DNA of 64,000 nucleotides from Eledone cirrhosa (taxonomy: Eukaryota), in contig OZ024759.1 in the NCBI GenBank assembly GCA_964016885.1, forward strand, positions 21,390,001 to 21,454,000, in the 5' to 3' direction. Below the pieces are notes generated by a model that saw only the letters and a program-made list of their open reading frames with translations, made no database searches and was not told the DNA's origin. Of this stretch, positions 17,976 to 30,046 are shown in pieces (position 1 is the stretch's first letter; each line of letters begins with the position of its first letter). Made by a program: the position numbers and the translations under genes.

Positions 17976-17977
<2 letters not shown>
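17119..17977 (-). mobile_element. Mariner element, internally deleted, with long inverted ends
   Basis: Terminal CCCTGGAACTTTTCTGACACACC followed by TA at the right end; 17119-17187 is an inverted copy of 17878-17946. Confidence 0.85.
17151..17816 (-). pseudogene. Mariner (Mos1-like) transposase lacking most of the DD34D domain
   Basis: HTH region ([29 protein letters not shown]), linker MVPKLL, first Asp in ITGDESW, C-terminal WQKRIEKCIKLQGDYFE; HDNA and YSPDLAP motifs absent. Confidence 0.9.
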
Positions 17978-18044
<67 letters not shown>

Positions 18045-18047
<3 letters not shown>

Positions 18048-18178
18048 GGTAGCACAGTAGTCTGGATAATCAAAAATGTGTGTTCGACTTCCATGTACGC
18101 CAATACTCATCTTTTTCCATTTCTTAGAGAGTTCTAAAATTTCTTTAGTAAAAAAAATACGGCGAAAGCTTCTATTTC
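18045..18178 (+). mobile_element. tRNA-derived SINE-like element (family D)
   Basis: ATAATGGTAGCACA...GTTCGACTTCC; homologous to both arms of 21919-22221. Confidence 0.6.
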
Positions 18179-18272
18179 TTATATATATATAATTACATTG
18201 AGCTCTACCTTTACTGTCATTTCTATAATACGAAGAGGGTGTTTAACTCCAACACACTCTAGTATTTTAATT

Positions 18273-18316
<44 letters not shown>

Positions 18317-18488
18317 TATATTATATTGTTATACTTTGGGAGGATCATATTGCCAATAAGAAACACACGCACCAGTTGCTTTCACTTCAATTTATTATAT
18401 ATTTATAAATTTATAAATTTACAAATCTACAAACTTATAAATTTCTGGTTGGTTGGTTGGTTCCACAACCAGATAGTTGTTTATATAT

Positions 18489-18533
18489 AGTCATAGTCCT
18501 TTCGTCACACACTCTGTGACCTCTTCAGTGACT
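18489..18533 (-). ncRNA. Minimal hammerhead (family E element, ~18322-18540)
   Basis: Reverse complement: agtca-CTGAAGA-ggtcaca(gagtg)tgtgac-GAAA-ggac-TA-tgact; second copy at 53410-53593. Confidence 0.75.
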
Positions 18534-18606
18534 GGGGATTCCTTTCTTTGTTTCTGTGCCTTTCCTTTCTTCTGTCCTACGCCATTTTGTTTCAAATTCA
18601 GAAACG

Positions 18607-18667
<61 letters not shown>

Positions 18668-18769
18668 TATATATATAAATATATATATAAATATATATAT
18701 AGAACACTGGAAGGTAATATCCGTAATGGTCTGGGCCAATCCTGGCTGAAACCTATCAAAGTTAAGTTA

Positions 18770-18912
18770 TAGTTTCGGTTCCTTACGTTTTGAGTTCAAA
18801 TCCCGTCGAGGTTAGCTTTACCTGTCATCCTTACGGGGTCGATAAAATAAAGTACCAGTAATGTACTGGGGTTATTGCTGAACTTGTGCCAAAAGTAGAA
18901 ACAATTATTATT
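18770..18912 (+). mobile_element. tRNA-derived SINE, 5' truncated
   Basis: GAGTTCAAATCCCG...CATCCTTACGGGGTCGATAAAATAAAGTACC...(TTA)n tail. Confidence 0.85.
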
Positions 18913-19031
18913 ATCTAAATATATTAAAAAAACTGTCTATCTGTCCGTATGTAGTCTTTGCATTTCCACAGTTTCCATATTTGATGCATAGGTTATTTAG
19001 CGCCCGGAACATGTCAACATATAGTTTAAAT

Positions 19032-19225
19032 CAGGCATGCCAAACATGCGGCCCTTTACAAGCACACCTGCGGCCCGCACAAAGGTTTTTACAGCACGAG
19101 CTTGTTTTATCTTCGCAATATAAAATTTAAAAAAAAAATAGTTGTAATGTACACCACTAGTTGTCGCGTGTGGCCCTCAGACAACACATATGTGGCCCTC
19201 GGGGTCTCTCAGTTTGACATGCCTG
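19032..19225. mobile_element. hAT (Charlie-like) MITE
   Basis: TIRs CAGGCATGCCAAAC / GTTTGACATGCCTG; perfect 8-bp TSD GTTTAAAT. Confidence 0.9.
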
Positions 19226-19266
19226 GTTTAAATATTTCTCTTTCCTAAACTAGCAGAGTTCTGGGG

Positions 19267-19472
19267 CTTTAACACTTACATTACTCTATATGTACTATTA
19301 TATTTTCATGGTAAAGCCTTTATCTCACATGATATCGAATCTATAAGATTTTGGTATTATTTATTTTGAGAACAATACCTCAACGTTGCTATGAGTGGCT
19401 GGTTACAGCCGGTCTGAACAGAATGAGGTGAGAGAATTCTGGCCGGATATGGCTGGTTTAAATGCTAAAGGG
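19267..19472. mobile_element. piggyBac-like MITE
   Basis: Ends TAAATGCTAAAGGG followed by TTAA; inverted homolog at 56737-56943. Confidence 0.65.
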
Positions 19473-19851
19473 TTAAAGACGGCCATGTTAAGGAGAGAGG
19501 GGTCTTTATTTACAGTGGTGAAAGGTGTGCCCGGGCAACGACGGGCCCTTTTGATAGTTTTATATATGAATGGAGCATACGAAATGAATCCGGTAAATCG
19601 GACGAGATATTTCTATTTTCTTATTTCTTACTATCGGTGGGGTTGGGTGGTGGGTGATTATTGGGTGGGGTGGGTGGAGTGGGTGGGGTGGGGTGGAGGG
19701 TGATTATTGGGTGGGTGGGGGAGCGACAGATAAAGATTCTTAAAACTTCTTTAGATCTGCTATGGAACAAACAATCCAGCACTAAACATCAAACACACCG
19801 ACTGCCCCCCTCCCCTCGTGCCACTTCCTCCCCTACCTCTACCTGCTACCT

Positions 19852-19917
<66 letters not shown>

Positions 19918-20544
19918 ACCACTACCACCGCTACTCCATTGTTATTTTTGAGAAATGTTGTTGTTGTTGATGATGATGGTTGTATTGTTGCTGTTGGTGT
20001 TGCTGTTGGTGGTGGTGGTGGCGGTGGCTGTAGTGTTGTTTTTGTAGGTGGTGGTGGCAGTGGTAGTGATGATGTTTCGATGGTAGTGATGTTGGTGATG
20101 GTGGTGGTCGTAGTGGTGATGGTGCTGGTGATGGTCGTGGTGGTGCTGGTGACTCTGGTGGTAGTGGTGGTGGTGGTGGTAGTGGAGTGGTGGTAGTGGT
20201 GGTGCTAGTGGTGGTGATGGTTGTGATGTTGGTGATGGTGGTGGCGGCGGCAACGACGAGAGTATTTGGAAGAGAAGGTGATGGTGTGAATGAGTGAGAG
20301 AGAAATCTGTGAAGAAGGAAAGAAAGGTAAAGAGGAGGAGGGGTGGGGAAAGGGGTGAGGGGGAAACGTCTGCCGGATAATTGTTATTGATGTAATAGTT
20401 ATAAGGTCCTGTTTGTTTAAGACACCCACAACTTGACAGCAACACACCCCACCTCTACCTCACTACTACCACCAAAACCACCCTCCACCACCTACCTCAC
20501 ACATATAAACGCATAACCACAATTCTACATATATACACACATAC

Positions 20545-20587
<43 letters not shown>

Positions 20588-20591
20588 AATA

Positions 20592-20646
<55 letters not shown>

Positions 20647-20944
20647 GATCAGCCTTGCCTCTCTTACTTAATGTCTTCTGCACTTATACATACCAATGTG
20701 TTGCTATATATATATGTGTGTGTGTGTGTGTGAGTGTGTGTACACAGAGATATCTATATATATATACGGACATGTGTATGTATGGGTATCTATTTATCTA
20801 TTTGTACATATATAGATAGATACATACACACACATACACATCTGTATGTTAAAAAATTCTGCCCTGAGGACCCTAAATAGTTTTGAGGTGGTTTTCAGCG
20901 CAATACACACAGTACACAGAGCAGTACAAGTCAGTATATATGTA

Positions 20945-21242
20945 GGGGAGGGTCCTCCGTTGGTAGCAACGACGAGCGTTCCAGTTGTTTAATCAATGGA
21001 ACAGCTTGCTCGTAAAATTATCTTAATAGTGACTGTGCGTTCCACAGACACGTGTATTCTCTTAACCTAGTTCTCAGGGAGATTCAGTGTGACACAGTCT
21101 GTGACATGGCTGGCCCTTTGAATTACAACTACAACTCATTTTATACCTATCCTCCCATCTTAAAATAAAGTGTCTTGGTCAAGGACACAAAGCTCGGCTG
21201 GGAATCGGAATCGAACTCACAACCTCTAACCATTAGGCCACG
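20945..21242 (-). mobile_element. Octopus-type tRNA-derived SINE, degraded
   Basis: GGAATCGAACTCAC (B-box reverse complement); body CAGGGAGATTCAGTGTGACACAG...GCTGGCCCTTTGAATTACA; related heads at 25000-25100 (-) and 54657-54760 (+). Confidence 0.7.
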
Positions 21243-21918
21243 TTATACTTATGCCCTCGTGATGGTATATCTAAAGATTTAAAGTCTCTATCAAGCCAGG
21301 AGGTTCATCAGACCCGTGTTTATCCCCGTTTCTTTGACGTTAAGCAACTGATAATACAAGACTCCCCTTGGAGTCCATCGCAGGTTTAAAGTTTGTCTCA
21401 GGTCACTACTTATACTGATTTATTTGGTGTTAAGTCCATCGCAGGTTTAAAATCTGTCTCAAGTCAGTACTGATCCCGGGTTCTCTGACGTTGAGCAACT
21501 AAAAATACAAGACTCCACTTGGAGTACATAGCAGGTTCAAAGTCTGTCTTAAGTCAGTACTGATCCCGGGTTCTTTAAGAATCGAATCCCCGACATTATG
21601 ATCATAAGTCCGACACCCTAACAGCTGGTCATACCTCAATATATATTGGGCATTAGTCTTCTGGTCTACATATCTTCAGAAATACAAACATTGCCATACG
21701 ATTCAACATAAAAACATGCAAAAGGTAACTTCATATTACAGATTAGACTCTTATCATATTAAAAAAACAGCATGCAATAAGTTATTCAAATTTAGAAGCA
21801 GTAAAATAAAAATTCAGTACTATTGTGCAATACACACACACACAAACACACATATATATATATGTGTGTGTGTGTGTGTTTTCTTTTTTTTTAAACAGCG
21901 AGCGAGTTTGAAATTAAA

Positions 21919-22221
21919 AATAGAAACTTTCGCCGTATTTTTTACTAAAGAAATTTTAGCCTGACAGTGGGATTTAAAACACTCTAAGAAATGGTAAAAG
22001 ATGAGTATTGACATACATGGGAGTCGAACCCACACCTTTGTTTATCAAGACTAATGTGCTACCATTATACCAGCCTGGTAGCACAGTAGTCTGGATAACC
22101 AATGATGTGGGTTCGACTTCTATGTATGTCAATACTCAACTTTTATCATTTCTTAGAGGGTTCTAAACCCCACTGTTAGGCTAAAATTTCTTGAATCAAA
22201 AGTACGGCGAAAGTTTCTATT
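21919..22221. mobile_element. Head-to-head inverted pair of family D tRNA-like elements
   Basis: ~150-bp arms, each with TGGTAGCAC and GGTTCGACT(C/T)C; centre ~22072. Confidence 0.7.
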
Positions 22222-22317
22222 CCCCACCCCCCACTCTCAAGAGCATGAACCTAATAAACCTTTGTTTGTACTGCCTCTCTGTTTTTGTTCCCGTTCAAGT
22301 TTTCACTATATATATAC

Positions 22318-22348
<31 letters not shown>

Positions 22349-22349
<1 letters not shown>

Positions 22350-22550
22350 CGAAGGAAATGTGGTAAGGAACCAGATGGCCCATAACGCACCAAAGTACTC
22401 AATACTTAGGGTAGTAGAGTGGGTAATAGGAACGAGTAGGACCCCGATGGCTGAGCTCAAGCCGTTTTGACGGCTAATTCTGGACTAAAATTTTAGTCCA
22501 GAATTAGCCGTCGAAACGGCTTGAGTTCAGCCGTCGGGGTCCTACTCGTT

Positions 22551-22552
<2 letters not shown>
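22349..22552 (-). mobile_element. Family A palindromic element
   Basis: Tail plus inverted repeat centred on CTAAAATTTTAG. Confidence 0.8.
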
Positions 22553-22602
<50 letters not shown>

Positions 22603-22926
22603 AGTCGAAGCTTAGTAGAATCGAAGCTTTGGCTGCAGCCAAGCAAAGTCGGCCTGCAGTTGGGAATAAGTAGCAAAGCACTCAATAAGGGTAGGTCCTT
22701 AGAGTAATAACATACGTTTAGATAGCTTGACAAATTGAAAATTGCGGCAGGCAAAACCCAGCCATTCAATACCAAAACAACGAAATATATATTATATATA
22801 TATGAAAAAATTCAGGTTCTGAATCTTTTCCTATTACCCACTCTACTACCCCAAGTATCGAGTACTCTGGTGGGTTATGGTCGAAGTGGTTTTTACCACA
22901 CCCTATCTGATAATATATATATATAT

Positions 22927-23044
22927 AGGGTGTGTCCCCCACCAAAAAAAAAAAGAATGTATATACACTTGGATTACCTATACAGGCAACATTTATCAAA
23001 ATGCTGTTGAAGTTTGTATACATTTGGGGGGGTAGGGCACCCTA
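22927..23044. mobile_element. Tc1/mariner-type MITE
   Basis: Imperfect TIRs AGGGTG(TG)TCCC / GGGCACCCT within TA. Confidence 0.5.
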
Positions 23045-23228
23045 TATATATGATAAAGTGTTGGGAACCGATGGTTGAGCTGTTGAAATGGCAACAGCTC
23101 AGCCGTCGGGTCTCAACTCTTTATAATATACTCATACTCTACTACCCCAAGTATTGAGTACTTTGTTGTGTATTGGTTTAACTAGTTTTAAACTGGTTCT
23201 ATTCTGACTCTCTCTCTCTCTCTCTATC

Positions 23229-23264
<36 letters not shown>

Positions 23265-23516
23265 TGGGAGTCCTGGGTTCAATCGGGGAGTAACTACAGT
23301 AAGTAAGGTACTCAATACATGGTAGAGTGCATACAAGATTTAATATAGCCTTCTTCATGACTAGAACTGTTTCATTCGAAGGAAATTATCAGGAAAGCCG
23401 TGTTCTAGTCCTGTAGAAGCCATCTCTATAGTAAATTTTATATATATTTTATATATATATACTACCATGACTTGATCTTAACCATCTACTATGTCAGGGT
23501 ATGTCATGCATCATCT

Positions 23517-23583
23517 TATTTTATCTGATGAGGACGTACTGTTGAAGTTAGCTCAGTACCTCTGAAATATGTATAATAAAATA
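23517..23583 (+). ncRNA. Hammerhead ribozyme (family F)
   Basis: tattttat-CTGATGA-g..gtactg(loop)cagtac..-GAAA-tatgta-TA-ataaaata; downstream TTGAGTGCTT at ~23660. Confidence 0.75.
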
Positions 23584-23721
23584 TACTTGATCACAATGAA
23601 GTTCTATTTTTGTAATATTTTGAATAAATATTAATAACTCCGGAAAACCACAACTGTTGAGTGCTTCCAATCTATTGGAAAACTAATTCTTTGATTTATT
23701 CATTGAACCTTATTTAACCTT

Positions 23722-23826
<105 letters not shown>

Positions 23827-24074
23827 ATCCCGGGTTCAATCGGGAGTAACCACAGTAAGTAAGGTACTCAATACATAGCAGAGTATAAATATTTAATATA
23901 GAAATGGTTTCTACAGGATTAGAACTGTTTCATTCGGGAGATAGATATATATAGGGTTGTAACGTCCAGTTCCTCAGTGAAATAACAACCCAACCAGGAA
24001 CTGGGCATATCAGAGTATTGACAAAATTATACACCTCAACAACATATGTACTTGTCTATAACACACTAATTCGG

Positions 24075-24131
24075 ACTGCCTGAAGAGGTCACAGCCAAAG
24101 ATGGCTGTCACTGAAATATATATATACCAGT
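24075..24131 (+). ncRNA. Hammerhead ribozyme (family N-related)
   Basis: actgc-CTGAAGA-ggtcacagcca(aaga)tggctgtcact-GAAA-tatatata-TA-ccagt followed by AATAAA; TCGAGTGCTT downstream. Confidence 0.75.
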
Positions 24132-24288
24132 AATAAACGAAGCTAAATTTTAAACATTTGACTTTTTATTTAACTTTATTTTACATTACTCCGGAGTAAC
24201 CAAACCAACCTGCGCACTCGTCGAGTGCTTCAGCCTGCATACTAAGGTGTTGGTATACAACCAACATATACTCAAAATCTCTATATAC

Positions 24289-24320
<32 letters not shown>

Positions 24321-24647
24321 TAAAATAACAGAAGATCCTGTTAAGGGTGAAAGCAGCGATTCTTTGCTTAAACTTTAATCTGTTATTTTAATAAATGTTT
24401 GTTCTACGGTTCTTATATATTTGATATATATTTATCCTTATCGAGCCCTCTTTGGATTTTAGTCTTCAAATGTATTATTATTACTATATATATATATATA
24501 TATACATTTAGGTTTGTTGGTTCACCACTGGATAGAACTGGTCATTCCGTATAGTCAACCTCGATGTAATATTAGGGAGAACACTCGACGTAATGAAACT
24601 CACCCGTCTTCGTTTGTGTTGTTGGTGGTGCGAGTACGGAGTTAAAT

Positions 24648-24976
24648 ATTATAAAATAACAGGAGACTGGACTGGTGTAATTCCTTAAAAGTTTATTATA
24701 CTATGAACATTTAAATGACCGGATTCAGTATGAATCCGGTGACATCATCAGGTATTCGAAATTTAACAAAGGAATATAATCCATGGGGCTGAAAAGGCAG
24801 AGGGACAAGAAGGCGGCCACACATTTAGCAGTTTCTAGTCCGGTCGGCCACCCTCAAGTTAAATTTCGAATATCTGATGACGTCACCGGATTCATACTGA
24901 ATCCGGTCATTGAAATGTTCATAGTATAATAAACCTTTAAGGAATTACACCAGTCCAGCCTCCTGTTATTTTATAA
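24648..24976. mobile_element. Family H inverted repeat with a hammerhead on each arm
   Basis: ~120-bp arms; plus copy at 24870-24927: atat-CTGATGA-..accggattca(tac)tgaatccggt..-GAAA-tgttca-TA-gtat followed by AATAAA; the minus copy has GAAA mutated. Confidence 0.8.
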
Positions 24977-25761
24977 TTATTACTTATATATATTATTAGC
25001 GAAATAAAATGTGTTGCTCGAGGACAGAACCCACTCTCGGGAATCGATCTTACGTCCTTAAGGTCGTGAGTGGAACACCGAATCCAGTAAGCCATGTGCT
25101 CCTTCTAGAAGGAAAGCAAGTGACAAACAAACCTGGGTGGTAGGGTGGGGATAAAGTGGGCGGAAGGGGAGGGGAGGGGGAGCAGCGAACTTCAGAGTGA
25201 ATCCCAGTGCTGTGCTTGTCACGGCGCGCACACCCTTGGCGCCATTACAATTTAACTTGAAGCATATCGTCTTTCCTGATTAATTTCGTCTCTGAAAGCC
25301 ACGTCGGCAGAGAGGCGGGGCTACATTTCACCATTTGCTGATTCGAGACACCCTCCCCCTTTCCCCACCCTTCCCCCACCTTTCTCATCGCACCACCACC
25401 ACCATCATCACCGCCACCAACAACAACACCACCACCAGCACCACCATTCGCATCATCACCACTACCACTACTCACATCAACACCGACACTAATAGCACCT
25501 ACAACACAATCAAAACACCACTAGTATCAACACCACCACAAACAACACCATACCACTCGCACCATCAACACCACTCGCATCACCACCACCACCACCACCA
25601 CCACCACCACTACTATCATCTTTACCACCGACCCTCCACAACCACAAACTGTACTGGGCGCCTGTGTAATCGACGCTCTCCTGTGTGCGACCCCTTTTCC
25701 CAGTTATGTCCCCCCCCACCCTCCCCCAGTCTCCCAAACAAAATAATTTCAACGTACAATT

Positions 25762-25930
25762 GGTCCTAGGGCCATCTCCCTGCTCACCACCATCGACATG
25801 GAGTTGGCTACCTGCAGGGGTGAGCCTCGCTAACTGGAATGGCCCTTCCAACGCGTCACCTTCACCATCCTCCGGGGAAACGTTTCCTCTGTCTTGTCCG
25901 TCGGGGCCTCGAGGCATTCAGCGCGTGGGC
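25762..25930 (+). mobile_element. CRE-clade LINE 3' remnant (end of restriction-like endonuclease domain)
   Basis: Translation GPRAISLLTTIDMELATCRGEPR*LEWPFQRVTFTILRGNVSSVL matches the CRE C-terminal pattern G.PR...W..QR....I.RGN...(I/V)L. Confidence 0.65.
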
Positions 25931-26224
25931 CTCCATTTGTTTATAAAAAAAACATTTTCTGCTTTTGACACTGGTACTTACTTTATTTTATCGACCTTGT
26001 AAGGATGAAAGGCAAAGTTAGTCTCGGCGGGATTTGAACTCAGATTATAAAGGGCCGTAACTCTATGCTGAAACTCTATGGACAGAGTGAGAGAGATGGA
26101 GGAGGTGACAATGGAAATTTGATTCTATTATGTTCAGTCCTTGTTAGGAACCCTTCTTTTTTCTTATTCTCTAACTATCTATTTTTAAAAAATTACAATA
26201 GTATAATAGTTCAGAGCTAACATT

Positions 26225-26401
26225 AATTGTTTCTACTTTTGGCACAAGGCCAGCAATTATCCAGTGCATTACTGGTACTTTATTTTATCGACCCCATAAG
26301 GATGAAAGGCAAAATTAACGGCGGGATTTGAACTCAGATCATAAAGGGGCGTAACTCTATGCTACGAAGCATGGCGTCCGACTCTCTACCGATTCTGCCA
26401 A
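26225..26401 (-). mobile_element. tRNA-derived SINE
   Basis: Same family as 8850-9665; another fragment at 25960-26070. Confidence 0.85.
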
Positions 26402-26957
26402 TAACATTAATGAAGTGACTCTTGTATAAAACCTGCGATTTCATTTGCATCCAATGATGTAGACCAGTTCTTCTTTTTGAGCAACGACATTTAATGTTCA
26501 GAGAGTAGGTTTGGCCCCGTGCAAAGCCTTCCCTCACTGAAAAAAGGCTTCAAGTACAGGTATCGCTTGATATGTGACATTTTTTTACGATGCATGTTAT
26601 TGCTGGCCATAGGCAAATCCGTAGCAGGACTAAAAAGCCACGTCCGTGATGCTTATGTTTAAGTATCAAGCGATAGCTTGACTCGAAATCGAGTTGCATC
26701 CATCATGTATGTATATACGTATATATGTATGTTCTGGTTTTATAATTTTATAAATGTTTACCAATAGAGAAAGAATCGGTTTCTAACATAGACAAAAGAC
26801 GCTTTCATTGGTGCGTGTGTGTCCAGGTATGGATGGGGTGTGTATGCTTTGAGTTATATGTGTGCATATGCTTTGTATCTGTACATGGAGTTATTAGATG
26901 CAGAATTTTTGGAAAGTTTTACATATTATGTTTGTCTGCCTGTATGTATGTATGTAT

Positions 26958-27150
26958 GTCGGGTCACTCTTGAGTGCTACTGGTAACATGTAACCCAGTA
27001 CAACCTGTCGCATGGTCGGGTCGTCGGCGACTAAACTGGCAACCCCACCAAGTTTACTTGGTGAGGAGGGTGATTTTGGACACCCTGCAGGACAAAAAAC
27101 AAAACCTGACAAAGGGCGGAAGAACTCATAAGTCAACGGCCATCCAAAAT
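26958..27150 (+). mobile_element. Diverged 5' part of family R
   Basis: Colinear with 47380-47575; related diverged segments at 26425-26575 and 27340-27550. Confidence 0.7.
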
Positions 27151-27185
27151 AGTGTAAATATGTATATATATATGTATGCATGTGC

Positions 27186-27255
<70 letters not shown>

Positions 27256-28028
27256 CATGTGTATGTATATGCGCGGCGACATAGAAATAACCAGGCTGGA
27301 TACCGGATCGCGCTGTTAAACCACTGGGCGTGAAGGACCCTAGCCGTTGTCAGGGCATTCTTCTAGGAGAAGGCAACTTAGGAAACTGGGATGACTCCGA
27401 CATAAAACCTGCGGCTCAGTAGTTACCGATGATGTTGATCTTTTCTTCTGTTCGGGTTATAGCTACTGTCGTTCAGAGAGTGGGATTGGCTCAGTGCACA
27501 GTCTTTCCTCACTTTAAAATAAAATCTTCACGCACAGGCATTGCACGATAGCATTAATTAATAATTATTAATAATGTTATATCGTGCAATGGCCATACTC
27601 GATAACGAAGGGGCATCGATCATCATCATGTATGTAATAATATGTATGTATGTAATGATAATATGTATGTAATAATGATATGTCTGTATGTGTATGTGTG
27701 TGTGTGTGTATGTATGTTTGTATCTGTAACTCATGAAAGAATCATAGAGGCGACTCTTGGGTATTTTAAACATGGTGGAGACCATCTCCTTTCCAGGTCT
27801 GAACATAGTTGATTTCTTGCAGAGATAGGTAAATGGATAGATAGATGAATGATTCAGGACCCCGACGGCTGAGCTCTAGCTGTTGAAACGGCTGGAGCTC
27901 AGTCGTCGGGGTTCCGAATCCTTCATATTACCCCGAGTATCGAGTACTCTGGTGAGTAATGGTGTAACTGGTTTTTACTGCATCCATTCTGATTTACATA
28001 GATAGATAGATAGGTAGTTAGATAGATA

Positions 28029-28400
28029 TGTTTCTTTATTAGCCACAGGGGCACAAAAGAAGGGGACAAATACAAAGGGGGAAGTTTACATACAATAAAA
28101 ACGTATAAAATGTTATCACAAATGCAATTTAAAAATTAGTCGATTTTCCCCAATAGGGGGAGACAGTTCATATGTGTAACACATACCCTTGAAAAAATGT
28201 GCAACCCTCATCTCCAGGAGTACAAAGAGTTTGTACTCCTTTCCTCTCCTCCTCCTTTTCCTCAACCTACAGGCTGATATAGAGAGAAGGCCCATTCACT
28301 CGGGCCATTGTCGCCACTTTCACTCAACTTTCATAAAACTTGCTGGGGTACAGCACCTCTCTCTCCATCCTGATTCTTCTTCCAAAGTGGTATTTGAAAA
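28029..28400 (-). mobile_element. Tx1/L1-like LINE 3' end
   Basis: Minus-strand FKYHFGRRIRMEREVLYPSKFYES*VKVATMARVNGPSLYISL*, then a UTR with AATAAA and an (ATCT)n tail. Confidence 0.55.
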
Positions 28401-28719
28401 AAAAGAAATAGGTAGTTAGATAGATAGATAGAGTGTATGTAAATGTTTAATGAATTCATTATTAGTGTTGCGTTTGCATCGACCTGATCAATAAATACTG
28501 GTGTAATCATAATTAAGCACTCCACGTCGGTTGTACCTTATTAACTATGATATGGGATCACAACAGAATATTAGAAATTAGTATATATAAAGATGAGATA
28601 ATATCTTGAATTTATTGGAATACGAAAAAGTAGAGCCTTATCTTCATATTCATTAAACCCCACCCCCTCTCACTCTCTCACTCTCTCTCTCTCTCCACAC
28701 ACACACACACATATATATA

Positions 28720-28931
28720 GGAAAATTGTCAGGTCCCCGACGGCTGAGCTCCAGCCGTTTCGACAGCTAGATCCGGACAGATCTAGCTGTCGTTCGTATC
28801 TAGCCGTCGAAACGGCCGGAGCTCAGCCGTCGGGGTCCTGACTGTTTTCCTATTACCCACTCTACTACCCCAAGTATCGAGTACTCTGGTGCGTTATGGT
28901 CCACCTGGTATCTTACCACATCTTCTTTGTT
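28720..28931 (+). mobile_element. Family A palindromic element (variant)
   Basis: Inverted repeat plus TATCGAGTACTCTGGTGCG tail; similar variants at 23058-23205, 27852-27990, 54015-54115 and 54594-54645. Confidence 0.8.
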
Positions 28932-28980
28932 ATATATATATATACATATATATAAAGTGTAATCTGAATTTTTCGAATAT

Positions 28981-29650
28981 TAATAATTGTTTCTACTATT
29001 GGCACAAGGCCAGCAAATACCCATTGCATTACTGGTACTTTATTTTATCGACCCCGTAAGGATGAAAGGCAAAGTTAACCTTGGCAGGATTTGAACTCAG
29101 AATGGCAAGGGTCGTAACTCTATTCGTCAAAGCATGGTGTCCGACCCTCTACCGTTACTGCCTAATAATTGTTTCTACTTTTGGCACAAGGCCAGCAATC
29201 ACCCAGTGCATTACTGGTACTTTTATTTTATCGACCCCGTAAGGATGAAAGGCAAAGTTAACCTTGGCAGGATTTGAACTCAGAATGGCAAGGGTCGTAA
29301 CTCTATTCGTCAAAGCATGGTGTCCGACCCTCTACCGTTACTGCCTAATAATTGTTTCTACTTTTGGCACAAGGCCAGCAATCACCCAGTGCATTACTGG
29401 TACTTTTATTTTATCGACCCCGTAAGGATGAAAGGCAAAGTTAACCTTGGCAGGATTTGAACTCAGAATGGCAAGGGTCGTAACTCTATTCGTCAAAGCA
29501 TGGTGTCCGACCCTCTACCGTTACTGCCTAATAATTGTTTCTACTTTTGGCACAAGGCCAGCAATCACCCAGTGCATTACTGGTACTTTTATTTTATCGA
29601 CCCCGTAAGGATGAAAGGCAAAGTTAACCTCGGCGGGATTTGAACTCATA
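28981..29650 (-). mobile_element. Tandem array of about 3.7 near-identical SINE copies (~183-bp period)
   Basis: TAATAATTGTTTCTAC recurs at ~28981, 29163, 29346 and 29529. Confidence 0.9.
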
Positions 29651-29767
29651 ATAATATTCGATTCGTTTGCAATTATGCAAACAAGCCTCAATTTTATAGC
29701 CATGTCAGTAGAATGAACCCTTCATTCTGGCTCTTGTGTTCAGCCATGTAGAGCGAAATTTATATAT

Positions 29768-29811
<44 letters not shown>

Positions 29812-29956
29812 TACAAACTATATAAAGGTACAAATTAATTGCGTCCGTAGGCGGTATGCCGAATGAGCACTCGATACTCTTAGGGAGCAGTGTATCAATA
29901 ATATTGATATATAAGGGAACAAAGAATAAGTGTTGCATCATATACATATTTAATTA

Positions 29957-30046
29957 CATATTACATATGTTTCACTGTCGATCAGCTCGAGGAACGGTCT
30001 ATTAATGATCGAACCTGACTCTGGAATCGGAAGCTCCTCAGATATG
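29957..30046 (-). ncRNA. Hammerhead with extended stem II (family I)
   Basis: Reverse complement: catat-CTGAGGA-(~60 nt)-GAAA-catatg-TA-atatg; tail TCGAGTGCTC at ~29865-29875. Confidence 0.75.

Noticed and set aside
22000-22075. Functional tRNA genes (also SINE heads at 46955 and 54657)
   Set aside because: A/B boxes are present but no complete cloverleaf is evident, and they are embedded in multicopy repeats.
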